Positions 1 through 8,651 of a stretch of DNA of 64,000 nt are shown piece after piece. The translations under genes were made by a program, and so were the position numbers. This stretch comes from an uncultured Gammaproteobacteria bacterium. Lineage in GTDB: Bacteria > Patescibacteriota > Microgenomatia > UBA8517. The notes beneath the pieces are model-generated. The model made no database searches. It had not been told where the DNA came from and was given only the letters and a program-made list of their open reading frames with translations. The stretch's first letter is position 1. Each line of letters starts with the position of its first letter. The DNA is taken from contig CAZCXV010000003.1 in the NCBI GenBank assembly GCA_964502815.1, positions 4,694 through 68,693 of the forward strand. Reading direction: 5' to 3'.

Positions 1-2
1 TG

Positions 3-578
3 GCTAATAAAAGCGAGAAACGAGCAATCGAGGGTGATAACGCTATACAGCTCAACCTTTTTGAAACATTTAAGGAACGTAAACGACTAGAGGTAATGCG
101 AATGGAGGTAAGACTTAACAAACGACAGAAAATAGGACAGCTTTTCCGTACGCTTGGTATTACATCTGACTTGACCCTAAAAAATCTATTTAGCACAACA
201 ATCGCTCAAAAGGTCTTGCTTCATTATCTTGACGAACTTGAAAGCAAACGGTTACCCTTATTAGACTACAAACAGACAAACTCCAACTCATTGTTGACAG
301 ACCTTATAATTAATAACCCGAATATCGGTATACGAAAAACGATACAACTATTTGGATTAAAACAGGCATTTGATAGTACAACCCCTCGTGACCTTAGGAG
401 TATGTTTGGCAGATACGGTCAAAGAAGTTGGTACAGGCTGGTTGCAGAAGCCAAAACAATAAAGCTACCAAATACTAAAAGCCCTCTTGGGATAGTCCGT
501 GAACATTTGACCCGTTTTGAACCCTTAAAACTAGTTGATTTTCAACAACAAATGTTAAATAATGATAAATATAACTAA
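3..578 (+). CDS. 5'-truncated putative replication initiation protein (rolling-circle/gene II-X-like C-terminal half)
   Basis: Frame is open from the window start (ANKSEKRAIEGDNAIQLNLF...); EVMRMEVRL resembles the LRxEvRl motif of phage/plasmid Rep proteins; lies next to an excisionase. Confidence 0.45.
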   Translation, partial: ANKSEKRAIEGDNAIQLNLFETFKERKRLEVMRMEVRLNKRQKIGQLFRTLGITSDLTLKNLFSTTIAQKVLLHYLDELESKRLPLLDYKQTNSNSLLTDLIINNPNIGIRKTIQLFGLKQAFDSTTPRDLRSMFGRYGQRSWYRLVAEAKTIKLPNTKSPLGIVREHLTRFEPLKLVDFQQQMLNNDKYN

Positions 579-579
579 T

Positions 580-756
580 ATGGCAGAAGAACAATACTAT
601 TCTATTGCAGAGGTCTCCAAGATATTAAAGGTCGCTTATTTGACTGTTTACCGATGGATACAGGCTAAGCACCTTGTTGCTCTGAAAGCAGGCAAACAAT
701 ATAGAATTAAAAAGGAAGATTTAGAGACATTCCTTAGAAGATATAGGCATAAATAA
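580..756 (+). CDS. Excisionase-family helix-turn-helix DNA-binding protein
   Basis: YYSIAEVSKILKV...TVYRWI...L.A.K.GKQYRIKKEDLETFL; ATG at 580 follows the upstream stop as TAATATG (the ORF track start is 562). Confidence 0.85.
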   Translation: MAEEQYYSIAEVSKILKVAYLTVYRWIQAKHLVALKAGKQYRIKKEDLETFLRRYRHK

Positions 757-757
757 T

Positions 758-1360
758 ATGTATTGCAATAATTGTGGAAAACATAATCCAGAGGACAGTA
801 AATTTTGTAAATACTGTGGGGCTGAAATCGTAAGCGTGTCAGCAGACCATAAAGCCGACAGTCGTGCTCAGTCAGAAGTCAAACCATCAGAAGCAGAGCC
901 TACTGGAAAGAATAAGGCAGGACTAACTGGCTGGTTGGCATTAGTTGGATTGGGCTTGATTGTTGGGGTTTTTATACAAGGATATGGGGTGTTGGAATAT
1001 TTGCCATTATTGTCTGAAGTTTACGAAATTCCAGGGTATTCAACTCTTCTTCAACTTGAGTTCCTTTGTAGCATCATATTTACTGGATTTACTGCATATC
1101 TTCTCTACTTATATCTCAAAAAAAACGAGAAGTTTCCAAAGTACTATTTCGTATTCCTAATCGCATCAATCATTTATGTAATACTTGACCATCTGTTTCT
1201 CGCTTCGTTAAGTGCCCCTACCACAGAACTGCAAAATCTTATCAACGACGGTTTATCAGAAAACATGGCAACAGTTAGTAGAACAGTCATAACTTCCATA
1301 ATTTGGGCTTTGTATATCAAAAAATCAAAACAGGTTAAAGCAACATTTACCAATAAATAA
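758..1360 (+). CDS. Zinc-ribbon-headed multi-pass membrane protein (DUF2569-like)
   Basis: N-terminal CNNC-x9-FCKYCG; GLTGWL followed by about 4 TM segments. Confidence 0.75.
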   Translation: MYCNNCGKHNPEDSKFCKYCGAEIVSVSADHKADSRAQSEVKPSEAEPTGKNKAGLTGWLALVGLGLIVGVFIQGYGVLEYLPLLSEVYEIPGYSTLLQLEFLCSIIFTGFTAYLLYLYLKKNEKFPKYYFVFLIASIIYVILDHLFLASLSAPTTELQNLINDGLSENMATVSRTVITSIIWALYIKKSKQVKATFTNK

Positions 1361-1362
1361 AT

Positions 1363-2049
1363 ATGTACTGTAATAAATGTGGTAAACAAATTGAAGAAGA
1401 TAGCATTTTTTGTCAATTCTGTGGCAACAGGATGGCTGACAATAGCCCAGAGCCACAATCAGAAAAAGCCTCTCAGACAGAAAATGTTTCTAAAAAAACA
1501 GTTAATAAAAGTAAATCTGATTTATTGTGGGATAAATTCGCAGAGGTTTATGATGCCAAGGACGACGAGCGAGAAAAATTTAATCAATTATCCTCAGAGT
1601 ACATTTGGGATTTAATTGAACGATTGTACACAAACGCATTTGAAACGTTTATACAGGAGAAAAAAAGCGAGTTAAATTCTCAACCATATAAGGCAATCGA
1701 GGCTTTGAAAAATCTGTATTTATATTCTGTTCTTGGCGGATATAAGTTATGGATTGCAGAAGCCTTATTGAAAGATAGGCAACTAGAAAAGTTTAAGCCT
1801 TTTGACATAGATAAATTTGTAGAAGAATGGAAAGCTAATGATTTCCAAAAAGTAATGAAGAGTATTTCTGATGAAATGAGTGTTTGTATGACGAGGTATC
1901 TTGAACACAGAATAAGTAATTTTCTGGAAAACTCACCTTCAATAAAAGACATACCAAATTCCACAATGGAAGAATTGAAAAGCTCAATAACTTTTCAGAT
2001 TATAAATGGTTACATTGCAGGAGAAGTAGAAGCAAAATTTAGAAAATAA
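1363..2049 (+). CDS. Zinc-ribbon-headed soluble helical protein of unknown function
   Basis: N-terminal CNKC-x9-FCQFCG; no clear TM segment. Confidence 0.75.
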   Translation: MYCNKCGKQIEEDSIFCQFCGNRMADNSPEPQSEKASQTENVSKKTVNKSKSDLLWDKFAEVYDAKDDEREKFNQLSSEYIWDLIERLYTNAFETFIQEKKSELNSQPYKAIEALKNLYLYSVLGGYKLWIAEALLKDRQLEKFKPFDIDKFVEEWKANDFQKVMKSISDEMSVCMTRYLEHRISNFLENSPSIKDIPNSTMEELKSSITFQIINGYIAGEVEAKFRK

Positions 2050-2050
2050 T

Positions 2051-2587
2051 ATGATTTGTAATAACTGCCAAACAGAAATACCAGATAACGCAAAGTTCTG
2101 TAATAAATGTGGACAAAAAACAGACGATGCGAATAGGCCTATCTCTAATCCGAAAAAGAATGGGAAATCTATACTAACGGGTGTGGTTTCTGTTATCGTA
2201 TTTTTATTGGCATTTGGTGTGGTTCGCTACCTCACCCAGGAAGTTATTTCACCTTCAGGAAGTAGTACCTCAAAGGCAGAACTTATTAGTCAGACCGTCA
2301 AAGAAGTTAAAGCCAGTATGTCATTACCAAGTCAAGTAGATGAAGCAACAACATTAGTTGATATTACGGCAGAGTTAAACGCTATTCGTTATCACTATGT
2401 TCTTTCAGGTCTTGATACGAATAACTTATCAAACGACTATTTGAAAACCTATTTAGGTACAAGTATTTGTCAAAACAAGGACACTAAAGCACTTCTTAAT
2501 CAAGATATTAATATGGAATATTCATATTCAGTCAAAAGCTCAACCAAAAAATACTTTATAAGTTTTACGAAAACAGATTGTAACTAA
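2051..2587 (+). CDS. Zinc-ribbon-headed single-TM protein with extracytoplasmic domain (PA3611/pilotin-like)
   Basis: CNNC-x9-FCNKCG, one TM, then LPSQVDEATTL...YHY...C...YSY...DC. Confidence 0.7.
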   Translation: MICNNCQTEIPDNAKFCNKCGQKTDDANRPISNPKKNGKSILTGVVSVIVFLLAFGVVRYLTQEVISPSGSSTSKAELISQTVKEVKASMSLPSQVDEATTLVDITAELNAIRYHYVLSGLDTNNLSNDYLKTYLGTSICQNKDTKALLNQDINMEYSYSVKSSTKKYFISFTKTDCN

Positions 2588-2596
2588 ATAACTCTT

Positions 2597-2977
2597 ATGG
2601 ATTGTAATAATTGCCAGAACACAAACAGTAAAGATGCAAAGTTTTGCGTACATTGTGGCTCTGAACTTTCAAAAGGCAAAATTGAGGTTGAGGAAGGCTC
2701 AGTTGATAGATATTTTGCAGAACAAAAAGCAAATTTTATTGAAGAAGCTAAAAGACTCGCTGATGGTGAGATGAAACAAGGTGTTGTTTGGTTTGTTATT
2801 GCATTAGTAATAACTTTTGGAAGTTATCTTTTTGCATCCGAAGGTGGAACTTATTACGTTTTTTGGGGTGCGATGATTTACGGCATTTACAGATTAATCC
2901 GAGGCTTTTGGTACAAACTTAATCCAAAATCGCTTCTCAACAAAGCAGAGGAAGAAGCAAAAAAAGAAAAACAATAA
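2597..2977 (+). CDS. Zinc-ribbon-headed two-TM membrane protein
   Basis: CNNC-x9-FCVHCG; hydrophobic hairpin GVVWFVIALVITF...YYVFWGAMIYGIY. Confidence 0.75.
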   Translation: MDCNNCQNTNSKDAKFCVHCGSELSKGKIEVEEGSVDRYFAEQKANFIEEAKRLADGEMKQGVVWFVIALVITFGSYLFASEGGTYYVFWGAMIYGIYRLIRGFWYKLNPKSLLNKAEEEAKKEKQ

Positions 2978-2978
2978 T

Positions 2979-4298
2979 ATGTATTGTAAAAAATGCGGTA
3001 AGGAAAATCCTGAAAGAAGCAAGTTCTGTCAGCATTGTGGAATACAGTTTAACGAACGAACATCTTCAGCCAATACTGCCAATGAGAGTAGTTCAGTAAA
3101 TGAATACATAGCCGTAAACAACCCTCCATATCCCTACGTTATTTCAATATGGAAACTTATAATAATGTGTGTCTTTACTTTCGGTTTTTATGAAATCTAC
3201 TGGTTTTATAGGCAATGGAAATCCTTCAATACAGTTAATAATTTGAAACACGGAAGTTCTACTCTTTGGGTTTACTCACTCTTTGCTCCTCTATCCTCAT
3301 ATTCATTATTCAAACACATTTCAGGTAAGGTTAAGGAAACAAACAACGACAAAGGGATAGAAGCAGGTGGTCTGGCAATTGTATACTTTTTTCTCACACG
3401 ATTTTGGCTGGGGTTCATACCTCTAATTTCTGTCCAAAATAAAATTAATCATTATTGGGAAAAGAAGTACGGCAATAAGCTTGTTAGGTCTAATTTTGGG
3501 GTTTGGAACTGGATTGTTGTTGTTGCGGTAGCATTAGTGCTCATTTATGCTATCTCTTCCGAAGAAACCACCACTAGCACAACATCAGATACCTCCACAA
3601 GCACATCAGTTGTCGAAAAATATAATCAAGAAGAGATTGTCTCATCTGTAGTAAATATTTTCTGTCCGAGTATTGTTGAAGGAGAAGAAGGAACTGGAGG
3701 CTCTGGAACGATAATTACCAAAGAAGGAATAATTCTTACCAATTCTCATATTATTCCTCAAGATGAGAAATATATTAACGTTGATGAAAAAGGTTGTTTA
3801 GTTATACTACCAAATTCAAGCACAGGACAACCTGAAGAAATGTATTGGGCAACTCCAATAGTTCTTCCTGAAATTAGCGACACATACGACTTAGCATATT
3901 TATCTATTTATGCCGCCTATTACGACGAGGAAAGTAAGGAATATAAAGGAAGTTATCCTCGCACCTTTCCTGCTTTTGATGACAGTAGTAGATGTGTTGA
4001 CGAAAACGTAAAACTTGGAGAAAAAGTGACCATATTCGGATACCCTTCTCTAAGTGGGGGTTATTCTTTAACTGTAACAGACGGACTTGTTAGTAGCTTC
4101 CCTGGTGAAGGTCTTATTGTTACATCTGCGAAAATTAGCGAAGGCAACTCTGGTGGTTTGGCTGTAGATGCAAAAGGTTGTATGTTGGGCATTCCTTCTA
4201 TGATTAGCTATGACGAAACTGAAAGTTTGGGTGTAATTATTTCATCAGATTTAATTGTTAAATTTTCAGATGAAGTCTCAAAATATTTAGAACAATGA
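2979..4298 (+). CDS. Zinc-ribbon-headed membrane protein (DUF4234-like TM region) fused to a trypsin-like serine protease domain
   Basis: CKKC-x9-FCQHCG; TFGFYEIYWFY TM motif; Thr/Ser linker; catalytic triad motifs LTNSH, YDLA, GNSGG. Confidence 0.8.
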   Translation: MYCKKCGKENPERSKFCQHCGIQFNERTSSANTANESSSVNEYIAVNNPPYPYVISIWKLIIMCVFTFGFYEIYWFYRQWKSFNTVNNLKHGSSTLWVYSLFAPLSSYSLFKHISGKVKETNNDKGIEAGGLAIVYFFLTRFWLGFIPLISVQNKINHYWEKKYGNKLVRSNFGVWNWIVVVAVALVLIYAISSEETTTSTTSDTSTSTSVVEKYNQEEIVSSVVNIFCPSIVEGEEGTGGSGTIITKEGIILTNSHIIPQDEKYINVDEKGCLVILPNSSTGQPEEMYWATPIVLPEISDTYDLAYLSIYAAYYDEESKEYKGSYPRTFPAFDDSSRCVDENVKLGEKVTIFGYPSLSGGYSLTVTDGLVSSFPGEGLIVTSAKISEGNSGGLAVDAKGCMLGIPSMISYDETESLGVIISSDLIVKFSDEVSKYLEQ

Positions 4299-5767
4299 AA
4301 GCAATAATTTTAGCCAGAGTATCAGATAAAAAACAGGACTCCAACGAAGCTCAAATTCTTCGGGTTTCAGATTACGTTAAAAACAAACAACTAATTGTTT
4401 GGAAAACGTACGAAATAGAAGAAAGCTCAACAAAAGGTGATAGAGAAAAATTTCAAGCTGTAGTTGAAGAAATTCAACAAGCCAACGAGCCTATTGCCCT
4501 TGTTGTAGATACCGTAGATAGACTTCAAAGAAGCTTTAAGGAGTCCGTTCAACTGGACGACCTACGTAAAGCAGGCAAACTCGAAATTCATTTTTACAGA
4601 GAAAGTTTAGTCATTAACCAAAACTCGAATAGCTCTGACCTACTTCGATGGGATATGGCTGTAATGTTTGCTAGAAGTTATGTTCTTCAATTAAGCGATA
4701 ACGTCAAAAGAAAACAAGAGCAAATGCTTAGAAGTGGTATTTACCCAAGCCAACCTCCTTATGGTTACAAGCGGGTTCCTGTTGCAAAAGACAAAACCGA
4801 AATAGTTATTGACGAGTATGCTTCAAAAATTGTCCAAAAAGCCTACGAATGGTACGCAACGAGTAGTTTTTCAATGGAATTATTACGAGAGAAACTAAAA
4901 AAGGAATATGGCGTTAATTGGTCAAAAGGTTTTATAGATAAGGTACTGAAAAACGACTTTTATTACGGTCTTATGACTTGGAATAAAGGGAAATCAAACG
5001 AGAAAACATACACGCACAATTATCCTCATATAATCGAGAAACCTTTGTTCGACCAAGTACAGAAAATAAAAGCAGGATTTAACAAGAAACCTTTTAAGTA
5101 CGCAGGTAAACCTTATATCTACCGAGGATTACTGAGATGTGGTCATTGTGGACTAGCTGTGACCCCAGAAAAGCACAAAGGGCACGTCTATTACCATTGT
5201 ACTCAATACAACGGCAAACACGGGGCTGAATGGCTACGAGAAGAAACAATAACAGAACAAATAGGTAATGTATTTAAAAAGCTACAAGTCCCTGATTACA
5301 TATTAGAGCAGATAGTAACTTCCCTACAGGTTAGTCACGAAGGCAAGGCAGATTTTCGAGAAACCCAATACAAGCAACTTACAGAAGAACATGAGGTATA
5401 TACCAAAAGATTAGAAAAAATCTACATCGATAGACTGGACGGGCGTATTACTGACAATGAGTATGACAAGTTCTATCAGTCATTTCGTGACAAGATATCT
5501 GAAATTGATACCCGACTGGCAATACTCCAAGAAGCAGACGACAACTACTACATCACGGCTAGATACCTGCTAGAACTGGCAAATCGGGCTTATGAGCTTT
5601 TCAAAAGTTCAGAAGTTGAAGAAAGAAGGCGGTTAATTAAGCTCGTGCTATCGAACCTTAGAGTAGAAGACAAAATAGTGCGATTTGATGCGATAAAACC
5701 ATTCGACACAATCTTAAATTATGCCGATAGTCAACTATGGCTCCCCGAACAGGATTTGAACCTGTGA
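4295..5767 (+). CDS. Large serine recombinase (integrase)
   Basis: ILARVS catalytic Ser motif, VDRLQR, PPYGY recombinase domain, LLRCGHCG...YYHC zinc ribbon, coiled coil; ends WLPEQDLNL inside tRNA-Asn. Confidence 0.95.
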   Translation: MKAIILARVSDKKQDSNEAQILRVSDYVKNKQLIVWKTYEIEESSTKGDREKFQAVVEEIQQANEPIALVVDTVDRLQRSFKESVQLDDLRKAGKLEIHFYRESLVINQNSNSSDLLRWDMAVMFARSYVLQLSDNVKRKQEQMLRSGIYPSQPPYGYKRVPVAKDKTEIVIDEYASKIVQKAYEWYATSSFSMELLREKLKKEYGVNWSKGFIDKVLKNDFYYGLMTWNKGKSNEKTYTHNYPHIIEKPLFDQVQKIKAGFNKKPFKYAGKPYIYRGLLRCGHCGLAVTPEKHKGHVYYHCTQYNGKHGAEWLREETITEQIGNVFKKLQVPDYILEQIVTSLQVSHEGKADFRETQYKQLTEEHEVYTKRLEKIYIDRLDGRITDNEYDKFYQSFRDKISEIDTRLAILQEADDNYYITARYLLELANRAYELFKSSEVEERRRLIKLVLSNLRVEDKIVRFDAIKPFDTILNYADSQLWLPEQDLNL

Positions 5768-5812
5768 CCAATCGCTTAACAGGCGAGTGCTCTACCGCTG
5801 AGCTATCGGGGA
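5738..5812 (-). tRNA. tRNA-Asn(GTT), CCA encoded
   Basis: TCCCCGA-TA-GCTCAGCGGTAGAGC-A-CTCGC-CTGTTAA-GCGAT-TGGTC-ACAGG-TTCAAAT-CCTGT-TCGGGGA-GCCA cloverleaf. Confidence 0.97.
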
Positions 5813-5961
5813 TTATTGTCACCGACAAACTATGCTTATCGGGGACTGTTGATAACAGGCTTATTATAGCAAACGGGATTGTGACTTGGAAGGCTAATTG
5901 GTCTTGCAGATTGTAGGATAATTGACATAAATGTCTGTTTTTTGCTAAGCTTAGTAAAATA

Positions 5962-6498
5962 ATGAAAATAAAATCCTTTGTTTTTCTTTTAACTGTTTTT
6001 CTCCTTTCTTTTTCTGCAACCTCTGTTCTTGCTCAAGACGCAACTCCCAAGGTAGGCAAAAGACTTGGAGAGCTTAAAATGAAGGCTTGCCAGTCACACG
6101 AGGAATCTTTGCAACAAAGAATGACTAAACTAACCAATATGACGACAAATATGCAAAACAAGTTTGCAGCCCACGCTCAGAGAGTAGAAGATTATTACAC
6201 AGACAAAGTTATTTCTGCTGGCAAAACTGTTGCCAATTATGATCAGTTAGTGGCTGATGTCGAAAACAAAAACACTAAAGTTTCTGAAAGTCTGGCTCAA
6301 GCCCAAACAACCGCCAATAACTTTAGTTGTGAGGCAGAAAATCCAAAACAGGTTTTAACCTCCTTTAGAAAAGATATGCAAAGCACCAAAATGGCTCTGA
6401 AAGAATATCGAATAGCAATTAAAAATCTAATTGTTGCAGTTAGGGGAGTTGCAAAGACTTCCGAAAGTCCAACAGCAACTAGTGTGCCAGCAGAATAA
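5962..6498 (+). CDS. Secreted coiled-coil hypothetical protein
   Basis: Signal peptide ending VLA-Q; heptad-rich body with two Cys. Confidence 0.7.
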   Translation: MKIKSFVFLLTVFLLSFSATSVLAQDATPKVGKRLGELKMKACQSHEESLQQRMTKLTNMTTNMQNKFAAHAQRVEDYYTDKVISAGKTVANYDQLVADVENKNTKVSESLAQAQTTANNFSCEAENPKQVLTSFRKDMQSTKMALKEYRIAIKNLIVAVRGVAKTSESPTATSVPAE

Positions 6499-6501
6499 AA
6501 G

Positions 6502-6720
6502 ATGAAAAATATAGCAATACTTTTACTCGTTTTTGTTTTAGGAATTTTAGTTTTTGTTGGGCTTACTCTAAATAAAAAGAATCAGGCAGTTGTCCAAAAG
6601 CCAACTGGAATTGAATCTGTTAGTGGATTGGATACGGTTTCAAAACAGCTTGATGGGGAAAACCTTAACCAAATTGATCAAGACTTGGATAGTTTGTCTT
6701 CAGATTCCACCTCTTTTTAA
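6502..6720 (+). CDS. Small membrane-anchored hypothetical protein
   Basis: N-terminal TM, acidic tail; 3 nt after the upstream gene. Confidence 0.65.
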   Translation: MKNIAILLLVFVLGILVFVGLTLNKKNQAVVQKPTGIESVSGLDTVSKQLDGENLNQIDQDLDSLSSDSTSF

Positions 6721-7094
6721 GGGAACCAGTCAATTGGGGTTTTGTCGTCTGGCTCGCCGTTGTAGTTGACTGTTATTTCTTCACCTTTTTTGATTTGTTT
6801 CAAGGCTCTATAAACCATAGTATTGTCTCTAAAGTTTTGCTTCCAGTCTGCATTTGGAAAGTGTGAATGGTTATACATTGATCCGTAGCCCCAGACTACA
6901 GCTGCACTCCTGGTACTTCTCCAGGGATAGACATATCTAAGCATTTCTGTTTTTTCAACCTGTTTTCTCTCTTTTGGTGTAAGCTTTAAAATCGGAGCCT
7001 TTTCAATTAGATCGCCTTCCTTGAAGTTTTTCATAGCAACAACCCCTTTACCCTTTTTGGGAGAAATATATTTGATTTCAACTTTGTAACGCAT
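6717..7094 (-). CDS. SET-domain protein (lysine methyltransferase-like)
   Basis: KGKGVVA, GSMYNHS..PNA, IKKGEEITVNY motifs. Confidence 0.9.
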   Translation of the reverse strand: MRYKVEIKYISPKKGKGVVAMKNFKEGDLIEKAPILKLTPKERKQVEKTEMLRYVYPWRSTRSAAVVWGYGSMYNHSHFPNADWKQNFRDNTMVYRALKQIKKGEEITVNYNGEPDDKTPIDWFP

Positions 7095-7121
7095 AGGTAG
7101 AATTGGCTAACAGTATCTAGA

Positions 7122-8651
7122 TTACTGTAAATATTGTCTTTTCTCAACCGTTATTTTTCCAATTTCCATAGTTTCAAGTATTTTAGTGTTGGCAAAGTTT
7201 TTCATCCACTTTCCATATCTGTCTATATCTACAACGGGTTCTTTTATCAAGAAAAGTAGTTTGTCGCAACCAAGAGTTGGGGTGTTGTAATTAAACTCTC
7301 CTCCTGGAATATAAACATACTTGTGGGACTTTGGATACACTTCATAGTGGCAGGGAACGTGACCATATTTGTTTTTTCCTCTCCACCAAAATAGATAGTC
7401 ATAGGGATAATCAAAGAAAGAGTTGGTCATATAAATATAGGCATTAAAGCCATTTTCTTCGTTTTTTGAGTAAATCCAGTCAATAACTTGTATCTGATTA
7501 ATCAGAAGCCCAGGATCATTAGAAGGCTTTAGATACTCTATATATCTAGGGATAAAGATTAATAGTTGACTTACAAAAATAACCGCAAGTATCGGAATTG
7601 AGACGTACTTTTTAATTTGCGACAAGAGCATAAAAAGGCTAATAAGTATTAAGGTTGGCAAGAAAACTGTATGCCAGTCTTTCCAACCTTTGTTGGTGGA
7701 GAAGAAAAGATAAGAAACTATGAAAAGAAAACTAGTAAGATAAATAAAACCAACTACATAGCTGTTTTTCTTTTTTGCTCTAGTAAAAAAGAAAATTACT
7801 ATTGTTAGTATCACCAAGCTAACAACTAGGCTTTGGGGGAAAATGGAATCGGTTAGTATTTTGCCAAAATTGGTTAGGTTAGCAAAAAAGTTAGTTCCAG
7901 AAAATATGCCTCTGGCTGATTCCAGTTGATCCGAGTTTCTAAAAACTGAGATTGCCTGTTTTGCTACAATTAAACCGGTAAGCCCCGGGAGTGTATAGGT
8001 GGTAAGGAGATAATTTTTGATTGTTAACCTCTTTTCTATGGTTGACCACAAGCCAAAAGCTGCAAAGAAAATAAACAACGCTGCTGCCGAAGCTAAATCT
8101 GCATTGAAAGAAAGAATAACTGGAATAATACAAAGATAATAATATTTTTTGCTTTTTGTTTCTAAAAATAAAACCAAAAGAAACAAAAGTGTTACTGCTA
8201 GAAAAACAGTTGGAAAGGGATTAAAGGCATATCTGGAGGTGTTAAAAAATAGCCAGAAGAACTGTAAGGCGATACTTACTAGATATGCATAGGTTTTTAA
8301 AATGTGTTTATGGAAAAACAAAAAAACAATTACCATCAGGCAGGTATTTAGGAGAATTAACACAAATACTCCACCTATTGGATGGCCTTGGAAAAGAAAA
8401 TAGCCAGGGGAAAGAAAGTAATACCATAAAGGTCCTGTATAAATGCCTGCAATTGTTGTTTCAGGACCTTTTTTGATTAGTTGTTGTCTTTCGACTATTT
8501 CCCGAACGTAAACTGCGTCCCTGCCTTGATCCATAGTGAAGAAGAAATTATTTCCCAGAATTGGTATGATGCGAATAGTAAATGAAACTAAAACTAAAAA
8601 TATCAAAAACAACTTGGTTTTTGTCGGTAATTGTTTTACTTGGTTTAGCAT
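7122..8651 (-). CDS. ArnT/PMT-like (GT-C) membrane glycosyltransferase
   Basis: DQGRD loop after TM1, GP..YY motif, many TM segments, C-terminal extracytoplasmic domain. Confidence 0.8.
   Translation of the reverse strand: MLNQVKQLPTKTKLFLIFLVLVSFTIRIIPILGNNFFFTMDQGRDAVYVREIVERQQLIKKGPETTIAGIYTGPLWYYFLSPGYFLFQGHPIGGVFVLILLNTCLMVIVFLFFHKHILKTYAYLVSIALQFFWLFFNTSRYAFNPFPTVFLAVTLLFLLVLFLETKSKKYYYLCIIPVILSFNADLASAAALFIFFAAFGLWSTIEKRLTIKNYLLTTYTLPGLTGLIVAKQAISVFRNSDQLESARGIFSGTNFFANLTNFGKILTDSIFPQSLVVSLVILTIVIFFFTRAKKKNSYVVGFIYLTSFLFIVSYLFFSTNKGWKDWHTVFLPTLILISLFMLLSQIKKYVSIPILAVIFVSQLLIFIPRYIEYLKPSNDPGLLINQIQVIDWIYSKNEENGFNAYIYMTNSFFDYPYDYLFWWRGKNKYGHVPCHYEVYPKSHKYVYIPGGEFNYNTPTLGCDKLLFLIKEPVVDIDRYGKWMKNFANTKILETMEIGKITVEKRQYLQ

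Larger units (their letters stand above)
1..5745. mobile_element. Integrative element (large serine recombinase type) inserted at the 3' end of tRNA-Asn; left end lies outside the window
   Basis: Rep-like gene, excisionase-like HTH, accessory genes and a large serine recombinase whose last codons overlap the tRNA 3' end; all co-oriented with gaps of 0-9 nt. Confidence 0.85.

Noticed and set aside
5826-5845. GCTTATCGGGGA echoing the tRNA-Asn 5' end, next to a small TTGTC/GACAA hairpin
   Set aside because: Only about 9-11 matching bases on the tRNA leader side; cannot be distinguished from chance or a small local duplication, and it is not at the integration end
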